A stretch of DNA of 64,000 bases from Nitrospinaceae bacterium (GTDB lineage Bacteria; Nitrospinota; Nitrospinia; Nitrospinales; Nitrospinaceae): NCBI GenBank assembly GCA_965223665.1, contig OZ245011.1:3488001-3552000 (forward strand), read 5' to 3'. The notes beneath the pieces are model-generated. The model did no database searches. It saw only the letters and a list, made by a program, of their open reading frames with translations, and was not told where the DNA came from. Positions 18,500-28,568 of the stretch are shown here, in pieces (positions within the stretch are counted from its first letter, which is position 1; each line of letters begins with the position of its first letter). A program made the position numbers and the translations under genes.

Positions 18500-19363
18500 A
18501 TGAATTTAAGGATTAAATTTTGTGTCTTTTGGATCTTGTTTAATGTTGTCAATTTTTTACCTTTATTAACGTATGCAGCAGATATTCCATTTTGGAAACT
18601 AGTAGGTAAAAGCCATTTAATTGCTCAGGCTACCCTAGAAGTACCTGAAAAAGAAATTAATAAGGTTGTTAGCTCTGGGGAACACAAATTTGTAGAAATT
18701 CAACTTAATATAAAAAATATATTAAAAGGAAATTATGACTCTAAGGAACTTAGCTTTCGTTATTTTACAAATGCTTTGGCATATGGGGGGATTTCGAGTG
18801 AGAGTCTAATTAAGTTAAATGGTAAAGAGGTCATAGTATTTCTTTTTAAGAATAAAAATTATTATCTATCAGCCAATTCACCAAAAACAGTACAAACAGT
18901 AAGTGAAAGTTTATTGAACAAAATAAATGCCGAAATAGTAACCCAAAGGCAGTTTGTAAAAAATTTCGACCGTTTTAGTCATAGTAGTTCCCTCCCTTAT
19001 GAAAAGGAAGTCGAAGAGTTGGTAGACTTTATGATTCATCCTGAACTTCCCCCTGGGAATGCCCAAGCGGTTTATGATGCGGTGATTGATTTGGGCCAAG
19101 AGGCAGTTCCCGCTATCATTAAGTTAATGGATGATCGCCGTCGTTTGACCATCCCTAAAATTTCTTTGGAGTTTTCGGATTCCGGTCAAATACAAACAGT
19201 TCATTACGGACCTGAAGTGGTAACGGATGTGATGACTGCAATATTGATGAAAATTACAGGAGAAAGTTTAACTCAAATTTATAATGGAGGCTCCGAAAAA
19301 GAACGAGAAACAGCAGTGAATTTGTGGAAAATATTGCAATGGCGACAGACAAATAAAATGTAA
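18500..19363 (+). CDS. Hypothetical exported protein
   Basis: 287-aa ORF with AGGAG SD and a signal-peptide-like N-terminus; no recognised motif. Confidence 0.7.
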   Translation: MNLRIKFCVFWILFNVVNFLPLLTYAADIPFWKLVGKSHLIAQATLEVPEKEINKVVSSGEHKFVEIQLNIKNILKGNYDSKELSFRYFTNALAYGGISSESLIKLNGKEVIVFLFKNKNYYLSANSPKTVQTVSESLLNKINAEIVTQRQFVKNFDRFSHSSSLPYEKEVEELVDFMIHPELPPGNAQAVYDAVIDLGQEAVPAIIKLMDDRRRLTIPKISLEFSDSGQIQTVHYGPEVVTDVMTAILMKITGESLTQIYNGGSEKERETAVNLWKILQWRQTNKM

Positions 19364-19380
19364 AAGAGGTTTAATGTTGA

Positions 19381-20478
19381 TTAAACATTAAATCGAAAGG
19401 TGATAATATCTCCATCTTGAACTACATATTCTTTACCTTCTAACCTTAGTTTCCCTGCTTCTTTCACTGCAGCTTCAGACTTGTATTCAACTAAATCGTC
19501 AAAATGGTAAACCACGGCTTTAATAAATCCTTTTTCGAAATCCGAATGAATCTTTCCTGCTGCTTGAGGCGCTTTTGAATTTTTTGAAATGGTCCAGGCG
19601 CGGTTTTCTTTATCGCCCACGGTAAAAAAAGTTTCCAGGTTTAATAATTCATAGCCGGCGCGAATCATTTGATTTTGACCGGGTTCAGATAAACCCATTT
19701 CTTCTAAAAATACTTCCCGCTCTTCAGGATCTTCAATTTCTAATAACTCGGTTTCCAATTTTCCGGCAACGATTACCACGGGTGCAGATTCTTCGTTTGC
19801 AATTTCTTTAACTTTTTTGACAAGGTCTCCATTAATTTCTGCTGGATCACCAATGTTGCACACATAAAGCACAGGTTTAATGGTCAAAAGATTAAGTGAT
19901 TTTACAAAACTTACTTCTGCTGGATGCTGAAAAGTTACTGCGCGAGCGGGCTGCCCATTATCAAAGGCTTCCATTAATTGAGTTATAACACTAATTTGCA
20001 TCCTGGCATCTTTATCTCCACTTTTGGCTAACTTCTCTAGTTTCATTTTTCTTTTTTCGATAGTTTCTATGTCGGCAATCATTAATTCTGTATTGATTTC
20101 ATCAATGTCTACTGAAGGATCAATGACTTTATTTACATGAGGAATATTTTCATCCTCAAAACAACGGACTACATGGGCCATGGCTTCCATTTCTCGAATG
20201 TTAGCTAAAAATTGATTGCCTATTCCTTCCCCTTTCGAAGCTCCCTTAACAAGCCCGGCAATGTCTACAAAATGCATAGTTGTTGGCACTTTCTTTTTAG
20301 CTTCAATTAATTCGTGGATTTTATCAAGTCTGGGGTCGGGGACGTTTACAATGCCAATATTGGGTTTGCTGGTACTGAAGGCATAATTTGACGACTCAGC
20401 TTTCGATTGAGTTAAAGCATTAAAAATTACTGTTTTTCCAACGTTGGGCAAACCTACCAAACCACAAGTGAAACCCAT
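19381..20478 (-). CDS. ychF: Redox-regulated ATPase YchF
   Basis: GLVGLPNVGKT, VDIAGLVKGASKGEG, AGKIHSDFEKGFI, EGKEYVVQDGD, FRFNV. Confidence 0.97.
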   Translation of the reverse strand: MGFTCGLVGLPNVGKTVIFNALTQSKAESSNYAFSTSKPNIGIVNVPDPRLDKIHELIEAKKKVPTTMHFVDIAGLVKGASKGEGIGNQFLANIREMEAMAHVVRCFEDENIPHVNKVIDPSVDIDEINTELMIADIETIEKRKMKLEKLAKSGDKDARMQISVITQLMEAFDNGQPARAVTFQHPAEVSFVKSLNLLTIKPVLYVCNIGDPAEINGDLVKKVKEIANEESAPVVIVAGKLETELLEIEDPEEREVFLEEMGLSEPGQNQMIRAGYELLNLETFFTVGDKENRAWTISKNSKAPQAAGKIHSDFEKGFIKAVVYHFDDLVEYKSEAAVKEAGKLRLEGKEYVVQDGDIITFRFNV

Positions 20479-20494
20479 AAGAGTTAACTCCGTT

Positions 20495-21910
20495 TTATTT
20501 AAAAGAAGAATGCAAAGTATTAAAGGGTTTAAGTAAAAATAAACTGATAAAAACCAAAAAAGCGTAACCGCTTATAATTTTAAAAAATAATGTATCCTCC
20601 ACCAAACTCAGTAAAGTTAAGAAAAAAACAGCTCCAACATTTCCATATGCCCCTACAACTCCAGCCATTTTCCCTGTAAGGTCTTTCCTTATAAGGGGCA
20701 CCATAGCAAAGCATGCACCATTTCCGGCCTGAACAAGTAGTGAACATATAATTGCTAAAGTGATTGCAATTGTTAAAGACCAGGAAGATGAAATGTTTCC
20801 CATAAACCAATAACACAAAATAGACCCAAACACCAAAACTAACATAACAGGTTTACGTCCAAATTTATCAGAAAGCCACCCTCCGCTAGGTCTGGAAATT
20901 AAATTAAAAAAAGCGAAGCTGGACCCCAATACTCCCGCAATGGTAACGGAAAGATTAAAGGAGTTTTCCAAGAATTCAGGAAACATGGAAACGACAGCGA
21001 GTTCTGATCCAAAAGTTAAGGCATAAACTAAGCTTAAAATGACGGTTTGTCTAAACTCATATTTTTTTTCATTAGGTATCGAACTTCTAATCCGAGAAAT
21101 GTTAAACCTATAGCAACGATAAATATTTTGGATAAGTATCCCAAACATCGCGGTAAGAATTACCCAGAAAAATAAATCAGGAATTAATTGAGTGGGAGGG
21201 GTAGATAATTTCCAAATAAAAAACGCAAAGGCGAAGAACAATGGAAACATTAATAAAATTTGTAAAACCAAATCTTTTTGAGAGGTGACCTCAATTGTAT
21301 TTTCCAAGCCAACGGGAAATTGCGGAGCTCGGCTAGGGACTTCGTGGGCATACTTATAGTATATCCAGGCCCAAAAAAAACAGAATCCACCTGAAATTCC
21401 TGTAGCTATACGCCAACCATCTTCAGGAGAAAATAGAGCTGCGATTGGGGGTAAAGTGAAGGCTGCGGCTGCGGCCCCAAAATTTCCCCAACCTGCGTAA
21501 AGACCTTGAGCGGTTCCCATTTTCTCAGGTGGAAACCATTCTGCTATCATTTTTATTCCTACTACAAAACTAGCACCTACAATTCCCATTAATAAACGGG
21601 AGATTATTAAATCAGAAAATGTTTGTGCCAGTGCAAAATGGATACTAATTCCACCGGCAAAAATTAAAATTAAAATAAAAATTTTTTTGGGTCCGTAATG
21701 ATCTACTAATGAACCAATTGCAATGCGAGCTGGAATGGTAAGGGCGACATTGCAAATCATTAAAATTTTGATTTGGTTTGTAGTTATGGATAATGAATTT
21801 TGAAGGGTGGTATTAAAGGGAGCCATGTTGAACCAGGTAAGGAATGTCAGAAAAAAGGCCATCCAAGTTAAATGAAGGATAGCCTTTTGTTTCCTATCAA
21901 ACCCAAACAT
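20495..21910 (-). CDS. narK: MFS nitrate/nitrite porter (NNP family, NarK/NrtP-like)
   Basis: LHLTWMAFF, LTIPARI, GLYAGWGNFG (nitrate signature), FGSELAVVSM, SRPSGG, GAYGNVG. Confidence 0.88.
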   Translation of the reverse strand: MFGFDRKQKAILHLTWMAFFLTFLTWFNMAPFNTTLQNSLSITTNQIKILMICNVALTIPARIAIGSLVDHYGPKKIFILILIFAGGISIHFALAQTFSDLIISRLLMGIVGASFVVGIKMIAEWFPPEKMGTAQGLYAGWGNFGAAAAAFTLPPIAALFSPEDGWRIATGISGGFCFFWAWIYYKYAHEVPSRAPQFPVGLENTIEVTSQKDLVLQILLMFPLFFAFAFFIWKLSTPPTQLIPDLFFWVILTAMFGILIQNIYRCYRFNISRIRSSIPNEKKYEFRQTVILSLVYALTFGSELAVVSMFPEFLENSFNLSVTIAGVLGSSFAFFNLISRPSGGWLSDKFGRKPVMLVLVFGSILCYWFMGNISSSWSLTIAITLAIICSLLVQAGNGACFAMVPLIRKDLTGKMAGVVGAYGNVGAVFFLTLLSLVEDTLFFKIISGYAFLVFISLFLLKPFNTLHSSFK

Positions 21911-21930
21911 TTCCTGGTAAAAAATTGGGC

Positions 21931-22245
21931 TTAAGATCTGGGAATGTTCGACATGATCTGATGATTACGTACTACGCCATTAGCATCAAATTCGACAATC
22001 AGGTTTTTTGATGTATCATCACCAAACGCTCGATAAGTATTCTGTTCATAGACATAAATGGGATGTCCATTTTGAATTCCAGTCTTATAGGGATCCCCAA
22101 ACATATCTTCAATTTCTTGTTTAGTGGTTTTCCCATTTACGATAGTTTTTGCCAAGTCAATATCAAAATCCTGGCCGACAGTCCCACATGCCGCAAATAA
22201 AAACAGACTCATTAAAATTGCGCCAAGGGATGATAGTCGTTTCAT
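21931..22245 (-). CDS. SmpA/OmlA(BamE)-like lipoprotein
   Basis: Lipobox FAAC; GKTTKQEI..MFGDP; L.VEFD.NGVV. Confidence 0.7.
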   Translation of the reverse strand: MKRLSSLGAILMSLFLFAACGTVGQDFDIDLAKTIVNGKTTKQEIEDMFGDPYKTGIQNGHPIYVYEQNTYRAFGDDTSKNLIVEFDANGVVRNHQIMSNIPRS

Positions 22246-22396
22246 AATTTCCCTCCTTAGGAAGTTCGTAATTTAGGTAGGATCACAATACCCATGCCGT
22301 TAGCGTATTCTTGCCCCTAATTTTTGAAGAATTTTATCATGAGAAAGCCCATATTCCCAACATCATTTCAAACTAATTAATGGTTGTTAGTAAAAA

Positions 22397-23944
22397 TTAA
22401 GAAATAATGTTGTATTTTTCCTCATGAAGTTTTGGATTGATTTTAACGTTAATTTCGATGTTATAAAGCTTTTCAAGCTCATCAAGAAAAGAGGTTTCCT
22501 CTTCAAAAAGGAGATCGTAAACGGGAGGAGGAACCTCTATTGTAATATTATTTTTGGTGAGGCTATTTCCAACTAATCTCTGGAGAGTGCGGATGACTTC
22601 ATTACATACCGTAGCGGTTGATTTGATATGGCCCTTACCTTCGCAATAGGGGCATGGATCACATAAAGTTTGACTTAAACTTCCGCGGACACGTTTGCGA
22701 GTCATTTCAACTAAGCCAAGTTCAGATATTTTTAAAATATTGGTCCGGGATCGATCAAATTTCAACTCCTGTGTAAGAGCATTCCAAACAATTTCTTTAC
22801 TTTCTTCTTTGGCCATATCAATGAAATCAACAATGATGATTCCCCCAATATTCCTTAAACGAAGCTGGTATACAATTTCTTTGACGGCTTCTAAGTTTGT
22901 TTTTAAGATTGTTTCTTCCGGGTCACTGTGACCTACATATTTACCTGTGTTGACATCAATGGCCACAAGAGCTTCTGTCTGGTCAATCGTAATAAAACCT
23001 CCGGATTTCAACCAAATTTTTCTACCTAAAGCTCTATTGATTTCAATTTCAATCCCGTAAAAATCAAAAATTGGGACGGGTTCTTTATATAATTCTATTT
23101 TGTCTACCAAATGTGGAAGGTAATTTGTGCAAAATTCCATGCATTTCTCAAAGTCCCCTTTAGAATCGACAACTAAGCGAAATACATCTTCGTTGAGAAT
23201 ATCTCGAATCGAACGAAAAATTAAATTTAAATCCTCATAAAGTAAGGAAGGAGCTTGTAATTCTTCTGAACGTCCTTTCAAGTTATCCCATAATTTGTGG
23301 AGAAAACGAAGATCTGACTCAAAATCTTCTTTTTTTCTTCCCAGTGCAGCTGTACGGACAATATAACCATCCCCAGGTCTGGCAATTTCAGCCACTAAAT
23401 TTTTCAAACGTTCTTTTTCATCCTCATCCTCAATACGGCGAGAAACACTGGTTTGGTTTGCTGTAGGCATATACACAATGTGCCTGCCGGCAAGGGTAAT
23501 GAACGTAGTAATTCTGGCGCCTTTAGTGCCGAGGGGATTTTTTGCAACTTGAACTACAATTTCTTGTCCTTCTGTAAGAAGGTCTTGAATGGGAATACTA
23601 GGACCCTGGTCTTTGATAGATTTGTTATCTGTTGAGGTGTCTTGATCTTCATCAAGATTAACTGAATCAGAATCATCTGCATCCTCATCAAAATCATTGA
23701 GATCAATGACATCAATGTCACCCACATAAAGAAATCCTGCTTTTTCTAGCCCAATATCCACAAAAGCAACCTGCATTCCAGGAAGGATTTTGGTGACCAC
23801 TCCCTTATAAATATTTCCAACGATTCCTTTTTTGGATTTATGTTCTATAAATATTTCAGCAAGTTGATTCTTTTCTACCAAGGCAACCCGGATTTCTCTA
23901 GGGTTTGAATTGATAATGATTTCTGATGCCATGGTTTCTGCCAA
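22397..23944 (-). CDS. rng: Ribonuclease G (Rne/Rng family)
   Basis: GNIYKG.V..ILPGM..AFVDIG S1 domain, IDVNTG, RLRNIGGIIIVDFIDM, CPYCEG. Confidence 0.95.
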   Translation of the reverse strand: MAETMASEIIINSNPREIRVALVEKNQLAEIFIEHKSKKGIVGNIYKGVVTKILPGMQVAFVDIGLEKAGFLYVGDIDVIDLNDFDEDADDSDSVNLDEDQDTSTDNKSIKDQGPSIPIQDLLTEGQEIVVQVAKNPLGTKGARITTFITLAGRHIVYMPTANQTSVSRRIEDEDEKERLKNLVAEIARPGDGYIVRTAALGRKKEDFESDLRFLHKLWDNLKGRSEELQAPSLLYEDLNLIFRSIRDILNEDVFRLVVDSKGDFEKCMEFCTNYLPHLVDKIELYKEPVPIFDFYGIEIEINRALGRKIWLKSGGFITIDQTEALVAIDVNTGKYVGHSDPEETILKTNLEAVKEIVYQLRLRNIGGIIIVDFIDMAKEESKEIVWNALTQELKFDRSRTNILKISELGLVEMTRKRVRGSLSQTLCDPCPYCEGKGHIKSTATVCNEVIRTLQRLVGNSLTKNNITIEVPPPVYDLLFEEETSFLDELEKLYNIEINVKINPKLHEEKYNIIS

Positions 23945-24039
23945 TAAAAAAAAATTATTAAATTAAAAAATGCCGGAAGGTCAATTATACCATGTAAATG
24001 ATAAATATAAGGATATCTGATTGACGGTCCGCACTTTCC

Positions 24040-25140
24040 TTAATGGACAACCCTTCTCATTTCAATATTCAATAATAACCCTAATGCAAAAAAATTCGTT
24101 AAAAGTGAGGAACCCCCATAACTTAATAGGGGAAGGGGTAGGCCGGTTACCGGGAAAATCCCTACGGTCATTCCAATATTAAAAATAATATAAAAAGAAA
24201 TAGAAGCTACTATTCCCAACCCCAGAAGTAAACCAAATCGATCCGCCGCCCGGAAAGCAATATTGAGTCCTTTTAAAATAAGAACTAAATACAAGATCAT
24301 TAGGATTATAACTCCAACAAATCCGAGTTCTTCTGCAAATACTGAAAAAATAAAATCTGTATGTTTTTCTGGAAGAAAATTAAGACGACTTTGTGTGCCG
24401 GCCATCAAACCTTTTCCCCAAAATCCTCCTGAACCTACTGCAATCTTTGACTGGATTGTATGGTAGCCGGCTCCAAGTGGATCCATTTCCGGATTGAAAA
24501 GTGTTTTTACCCGAGCTTTTTGATAGTCCTTTAAGAAAAACCAAGTCATAGGGGTTAACACCACTCCAGTTAAAATCAATTTTGCCAAAGTACGACCTTC
24601 GATTTCTATAGCCATTACCAAAACAAAGAAAATGAAAAAAATTATCATGGCTGTTCCCAAATCGGGTTGCCGGATGATTAGCCATCCCAACAATCCTGTT
24701 AAAGAAACAGGAATTATGAGGTCTTTAATTGTGTATTTGGGTTGCTGAGTTCGAGATAGGTCAAAGTATTTCGCTAGCACAATAATAAGAGAAAACTTTG
24801 CAAATTCTGAAAATTGAATTGAGAAGGAACCTATATGTATCCATCTTTTTACCCCTGAGGCACCTGTGCCAAAAAATAAGACGGAGATTAAGGCTAATAT
24901 CGTTACAAAATAAATGAAATATGCGTATCGATTGAGTAATCGGTAATCTATTAGTAGGGCAGCCAGCATTGCAATAAGCCCATAAAGAATCCAATAAATT
25001 TGTTTAATATATAGATTTTGATAGAAAGCCTCAGGGCGTGCATGGTTGGCACTATAAATTACAACCACTCCAACCGTAGAAATGGTCAATATTAGAAGTA
25101 AATACCACCAGCTAAAATGGCTTAACATCCTTCGGTCCAT
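24040..25140 (-). CDS. rodA: Rod shape-determining protein RodA (SEDS glycosyltransferase)
   Basis: KRWI, Q.SEFAK, QPDLGT, QSKIAVGSGG, FLPEKHTDFIFS, LSYGGSS. Confidence 0.93.
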   Translation of the reverse strand: MDRRMLSHFSWWYLLLILTISTVGVVVIYSANHARPEAFYQNLYIKQIYWILYGLIAMLAALLIDYRLLNRYAYFIYFVTILALISVLFFGTGASGVKRWIHIGSFSIQFSEFAKFSLIIVLAKYFDLSRTQQPKYTIKDLIIPVSLTGLLGWLIIRQPDLGTAMIIFFIFFVLVMAIEIEGRTLAKLILTGVVLTPMTWFFLKDYQKARVKTLFNPEMDPLGAGYHTIQSKIAVGSGGFWGKGLMAGTQSRLNFLPEKHTDFIFSVFAEELGFVGVIILMILYLVLILKGLNIAFRAADRFGLLLGLGIVASISFYIIFNIGMTVGIFPVTGLPLPLLSYGGSSLLTNFFALGLLLNIEMRRVVH

Positions 25141-26084
25141 AAGGTCTCTAATTGGATATTTTTCTATTAATTAATATAAATTTGTTTAAATTTAGTGGTA
25201 ATTTGAATAATTAAATAATAAATTTTATTTAATTTTTTATAGTTTAACCCTAATGAGATAAAAGTATATCACTTTCAATGGTTAATTGATCAACAATGCT
25301 TAGGTCTAAAATAAATATCTCCTTAAAAATCAAAGGTCGTGTTTTTTTGCATAAAAAATAATCGAAGTCCCTTTACGCCTTAATTTTTATTTATTTGGAA
25401 AGTAATTCCCAAAGTTTTCCACAGCTTTTTCACAATCTATGTGGATAAAAGCTCTATTAATTCAGTTAGATTGGAGGGAAGGGGTTAGGCCCGTTAATAA
25501 AAACTGTCTAACTTTACCCTATCAAATTAAGCCATAAAGACCCACCCGCTTCAATTCACCTTAAAAGAAAGGCCCTATCCCTCTATTCAATTTTGCATAC
25601 TCTTCTTGCACAATAATGGCAAAGGATGAGAGGTGTTAATTAAGTGATCCTACCGATAAGCCTTTAATTATGAAGGCTCCAGGGGTACGCAAATAATTGT
25701 CTAACATTAACCAAACAATTAGTTCATATTTTTAGAATTAAGTTATGCCTAAACCATTGAAAACAAATTATGGAAATAATTTTTGCTTAATTGGAAGAAA
25801 AATTAAAATCCCTAAAAAACTGTGGAAAACTTTTAAAGGGCAAAAATTTTGGAAAAATTTCAATGCCCTTAATCCAACCAAATTACAAAAGTATTTGAAA
25901 ATATTAAGTTAGAGCGTTTTCTATAATTTTTTTTTATCCAATAACCCAATAGTTTCTACTGATTTCCATTTCTTTTTCCATTTATCCACAGATTACTCAC
26001 AATTTCCCAAAAATTGCCCATTATATATATTTGGCAAAACGGAATTCTAATATTCGAAATTAGGGAAAATAAAATAGGCTAATT
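25141..26084. other. Candidate chromosomal replication origin (oriC)
   Basis: Non-coding gap. DnaA boxes TTTTCCACA (25415), TTTTTCACA (25426), TGTGGATAA (25440, perfect), TGTGGAAAA (25821), TTATCCACA (25982, perfect), TTACTCACA (25993). Very AT-rich tract at ~25160-25250. Confidence 0.7.
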
Positions 26085-27014
26085 TCATGGGATTTCCTGA
26101 ATCAGAATTTTGCTGGCGTAGGTTCCGAGATCTGGTGGAAAAGGAGATTGAAACTGAAGGATTTGGTTACTTTGCGGGTGTGCGAATTCTATTTCAAATG
26201 CATGGAGTGCTTGTCGGGATATAGAAGGTAATTCTTTCCCAGGGTTACCACCATAAAGAACATCTCCTAAAATTGGATTGCCGATGGAAGCCAAATGTAC
26301 TCGAATTTGATGTGTTCGCCCAGTTCTAGGGTATAAACGGACAAAGCTTGCTTTTGTATTTTGCTCAATAACTTCGTACCTGGTCTCAGCTTCACGGCCC
26401 TCTGAAAAGTTTGAGGACATTTTTTTTCGATTTATTTTATGACGGCCAATGGGCACGTTGATTTTTCCTTTTAAAGGTTTCACTTGTCCTTTGGTAAGAG
26501 CTAAATAGATTTTTTTTATAGTTCTTTGTTTAAATTGTTGACTTAGGGATTGGAGAGCTGAATCAGATTTTGCCACCAGAATAAGCCCTGAAGTATCTTT
26601 ATCCAGTCGATGGACAATTCCAGGTCGTTCCACTCCGCCAATTCCCTTTAAATCATTACAATGATGAAGCAATGCGTTGACTAGTGTCCCGCTGGAATGA
26701 CCCGGAGCTGGATGAACGACTATCCCTGCGGGTTTATCAATAACCAATATATATTTATCTTCAAAAACAATATTTAGGGGGATGGGTTCGGGTTTAACTT
26801 CCAAAGGTTTTGGATCGGGGACGGTCAAATCTACTATATCATCAACCTTAAGCTTATATTTTGCTTTCGCAGGGTTCCCATTTACGTGTACATAATTTTC
26901 TTCAATAAGCTTTTGAATGTAGGAACGTGTCAGGTCATTTTGGACTTCCACTAAAAAGTGATCCAGGCGCTTCTTTTCACAATGGGTGTTGATTTTATAA
27001 TCGTAGTGCAACAT
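26085..27014 (-). CDS. rluD: RluA/RluD-family 23S rRNA pseudouridine synthase
   Basis: S4 domain, KPAGIVVHP, RPGIVHRLDKDTSG, TGRTHQIRVH. Confidence 0.92.
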   Translation of the reverse strand: MLHYDYKINTHCEKKRLDHFLVEVQNDLTRSYIQKLIEENYVHVNGNPAKAKYKLKVDDIVDLTVPDPKPLEVKPEPIPLNIVFEDKYILVIDKPAGIVVHPAPGHSSGTLVNALLHHCNDLKGIGGVERPGIVHRLDKDTSGLILVAKSDSALQSLSQQFKQRTIKKIYLALTKGQVKPLKGKINVPIGRHKINRKKMSSNFSEGREAETRYEVIEQNTKASFVRLYPRTGRTHQIRVHLASIGNPILGDVLYGGNPGKELPSISRQALHAFEIEFAHPQSNQILQFQSPFPPDLGTYASKILIQEIP

Positions 27015-27178
27015 TCCATTTAAAGGAGGTGGAAAAGTTCGGAGAATTTTTTTTTACTTTCCGGTTTTTATTAAACTGATTAATCTGTGAAAGCATATAA
27101 AAATACAAAATTCTTTATTTGTTAATAATTTCTACCTACAATTTATCCCTTTTGGAAATAAAAAACACTTTGTCGCTG

Positions 27179-27697
27179 CTATTTTTCTAACAGCCGTGGC
27201 ATTAATTCTACTAAATTACATGGAGGATTGTTACTGTTTAGCTGATGAACCAGTATTTGGTCCCAGGCATCTTTGCAGGCCCCTGTTGAGCCGGGCAAAG
27301 CAAACATAAATGTCCCATTTGCCACACCTCCAGTGGCACGAGATTGCATGGTAGAAGTTTTAATATTTTGATAACTAAGCCATCGAAACAACTCTCCAAA
27401 TCCGGGTATTGGTTTATCATATAATTCTTCAAACGCCTCGGGAGTCACATCTCTTCCTGTAACCCCAGTACCCCCAGTTGCAATTATTACGTCAACATTT
27501 TTGTCTGCGATCCACTTTTTGAGAATTGCTTGTATGGAATCTTTTTCGTCTTTTATGATTACACGATCCACTACTTGGTGTCTTGCATTTTTAACTCGTT
27601 CGGCTAAGGTATTACCCGATTTATCATCCGCCTCTGTCCTGGTATCAGATACAGTCAAAATGGCAATATTCACACTTTTTGCTACTGGAGCATCCAT
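27179..27697 (-). CDS. moaB: Molybdenum cofactor biosynthesis protein B
   Basis: LTVSDTR…DKSG, TGGTG.TGRDVTPEA, PGFGELFR, LPGS, PCNL. Confidence 0.93.
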   Translation of the reverse strand: MDAPVAKSVNIAILTVSDTRTEADDKSGNTLAERVKNARHQVVDRVIIKDEKDSIQAILKKWIADKNVDVIIATGGTGVTGRDVTPEAFEELYDKPIPGFGELFRWLSYQNIKTSTMQSRATGGVANGTFMFALPGSTGACKDAWDQILVHQLNSNNPPCNLVELMPRLLEK

Positions 27698-27832
27698 AAA
27701 TTTCTCCTAATTTAGAAATGTTTTTAGAATAGTATCAACCTCGTGAAAATGTGTAAAGAGAGGATCCTGCCTGCATAGCCTAAAATTTCAGGGTGTGATA
27801 TAAAATATCCTTTTGTTTAATTAGGAGTAGAA

Positions 27833-28552
27833 ATGCCAACTGCAATTGTTACAGGTGGGGCCGTAAGAATTGGTAAAGCCTTGGCCTATCATTTAGTTGA
27901 AGAAGGTTGGAATTTAGCTATTCATTACCATTCTTCTTCCCCTGAATCTGTATTAAACCATGCTCAAAAATTGGGAGTGGCCTGCAAAGCCTATCAAGGA
28001 GACCTGATGGACGTGAATTTTGCAGATCAATTTATAGATAGAGTGTGTAGAGATTTTACGGATGTTGAGCTATTGATCAATTGTGCTGCGAACTTTATCC
28101 AAGAAAATGTTGAAAATACTACAACCCAGACCCTGATAAATACATTACAGTTGAATTTGATGTCCCCCTATATATTTATGCGAGACTACAAAAAGAAAAT
28201 TAATCGGGGAATGATAATTAATATTTTGGATGAAAGAATTAGTAAAAATATTCCAACGTTTGCGGCTTACTCAGTTTCAAAAGTAGGGTTAGCTCACTTA
28301 ACATCATTAGCTGCTATTGAATGGGGAGAAACTGTGAGGGTAAATGGTATTGCTCCAGGATTAATCCTGCCTCCTGCCGGTCAAGGCGAAGACTATCTTA
28401 CGCGAAATGCCAAAAATATTCCTACAAAAACTCACGGCAATTTAGATGACCTTGTTCACGGACTCGATTATTTTTTAAAGAGTGTTTTTGTCAATGGTGA
28501 GGTTCTTTTCATTGATGGAGGTGAATCCAAGGGAAGACGTAGCCAGGAATAA
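27833..28552 (+). CDS. SDR oxidoreductase, pteridine reductase/FolM-like
   Basis: TGGAVRIG, IHY, YSVSK, VNGIAPG. Confidence 0.8.
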   Translation: MPTAIVTGGAVRIGKALAYHLVEEGWNLAIHYHSSSPESVLNHAQKLGVACKAYQGDLMDVNFADQFIDRVCRDFTDVELLINCAANFIQENVENTTTQTLINTLQLNLMSPYIFMRDYKKKINRGMIINILDERISKNIPTFAAYSVSKVGLAHLTSLAAIEWGETVRVNGIAPGLILPPAGQGEDYLTRNAKNIPTKTHGNLDDLVHGLDYFLKSVFVNGEVLFIDGGESKGRRSQE

Positions 28553-28568
28553 TTTAATAGTTTATTAA

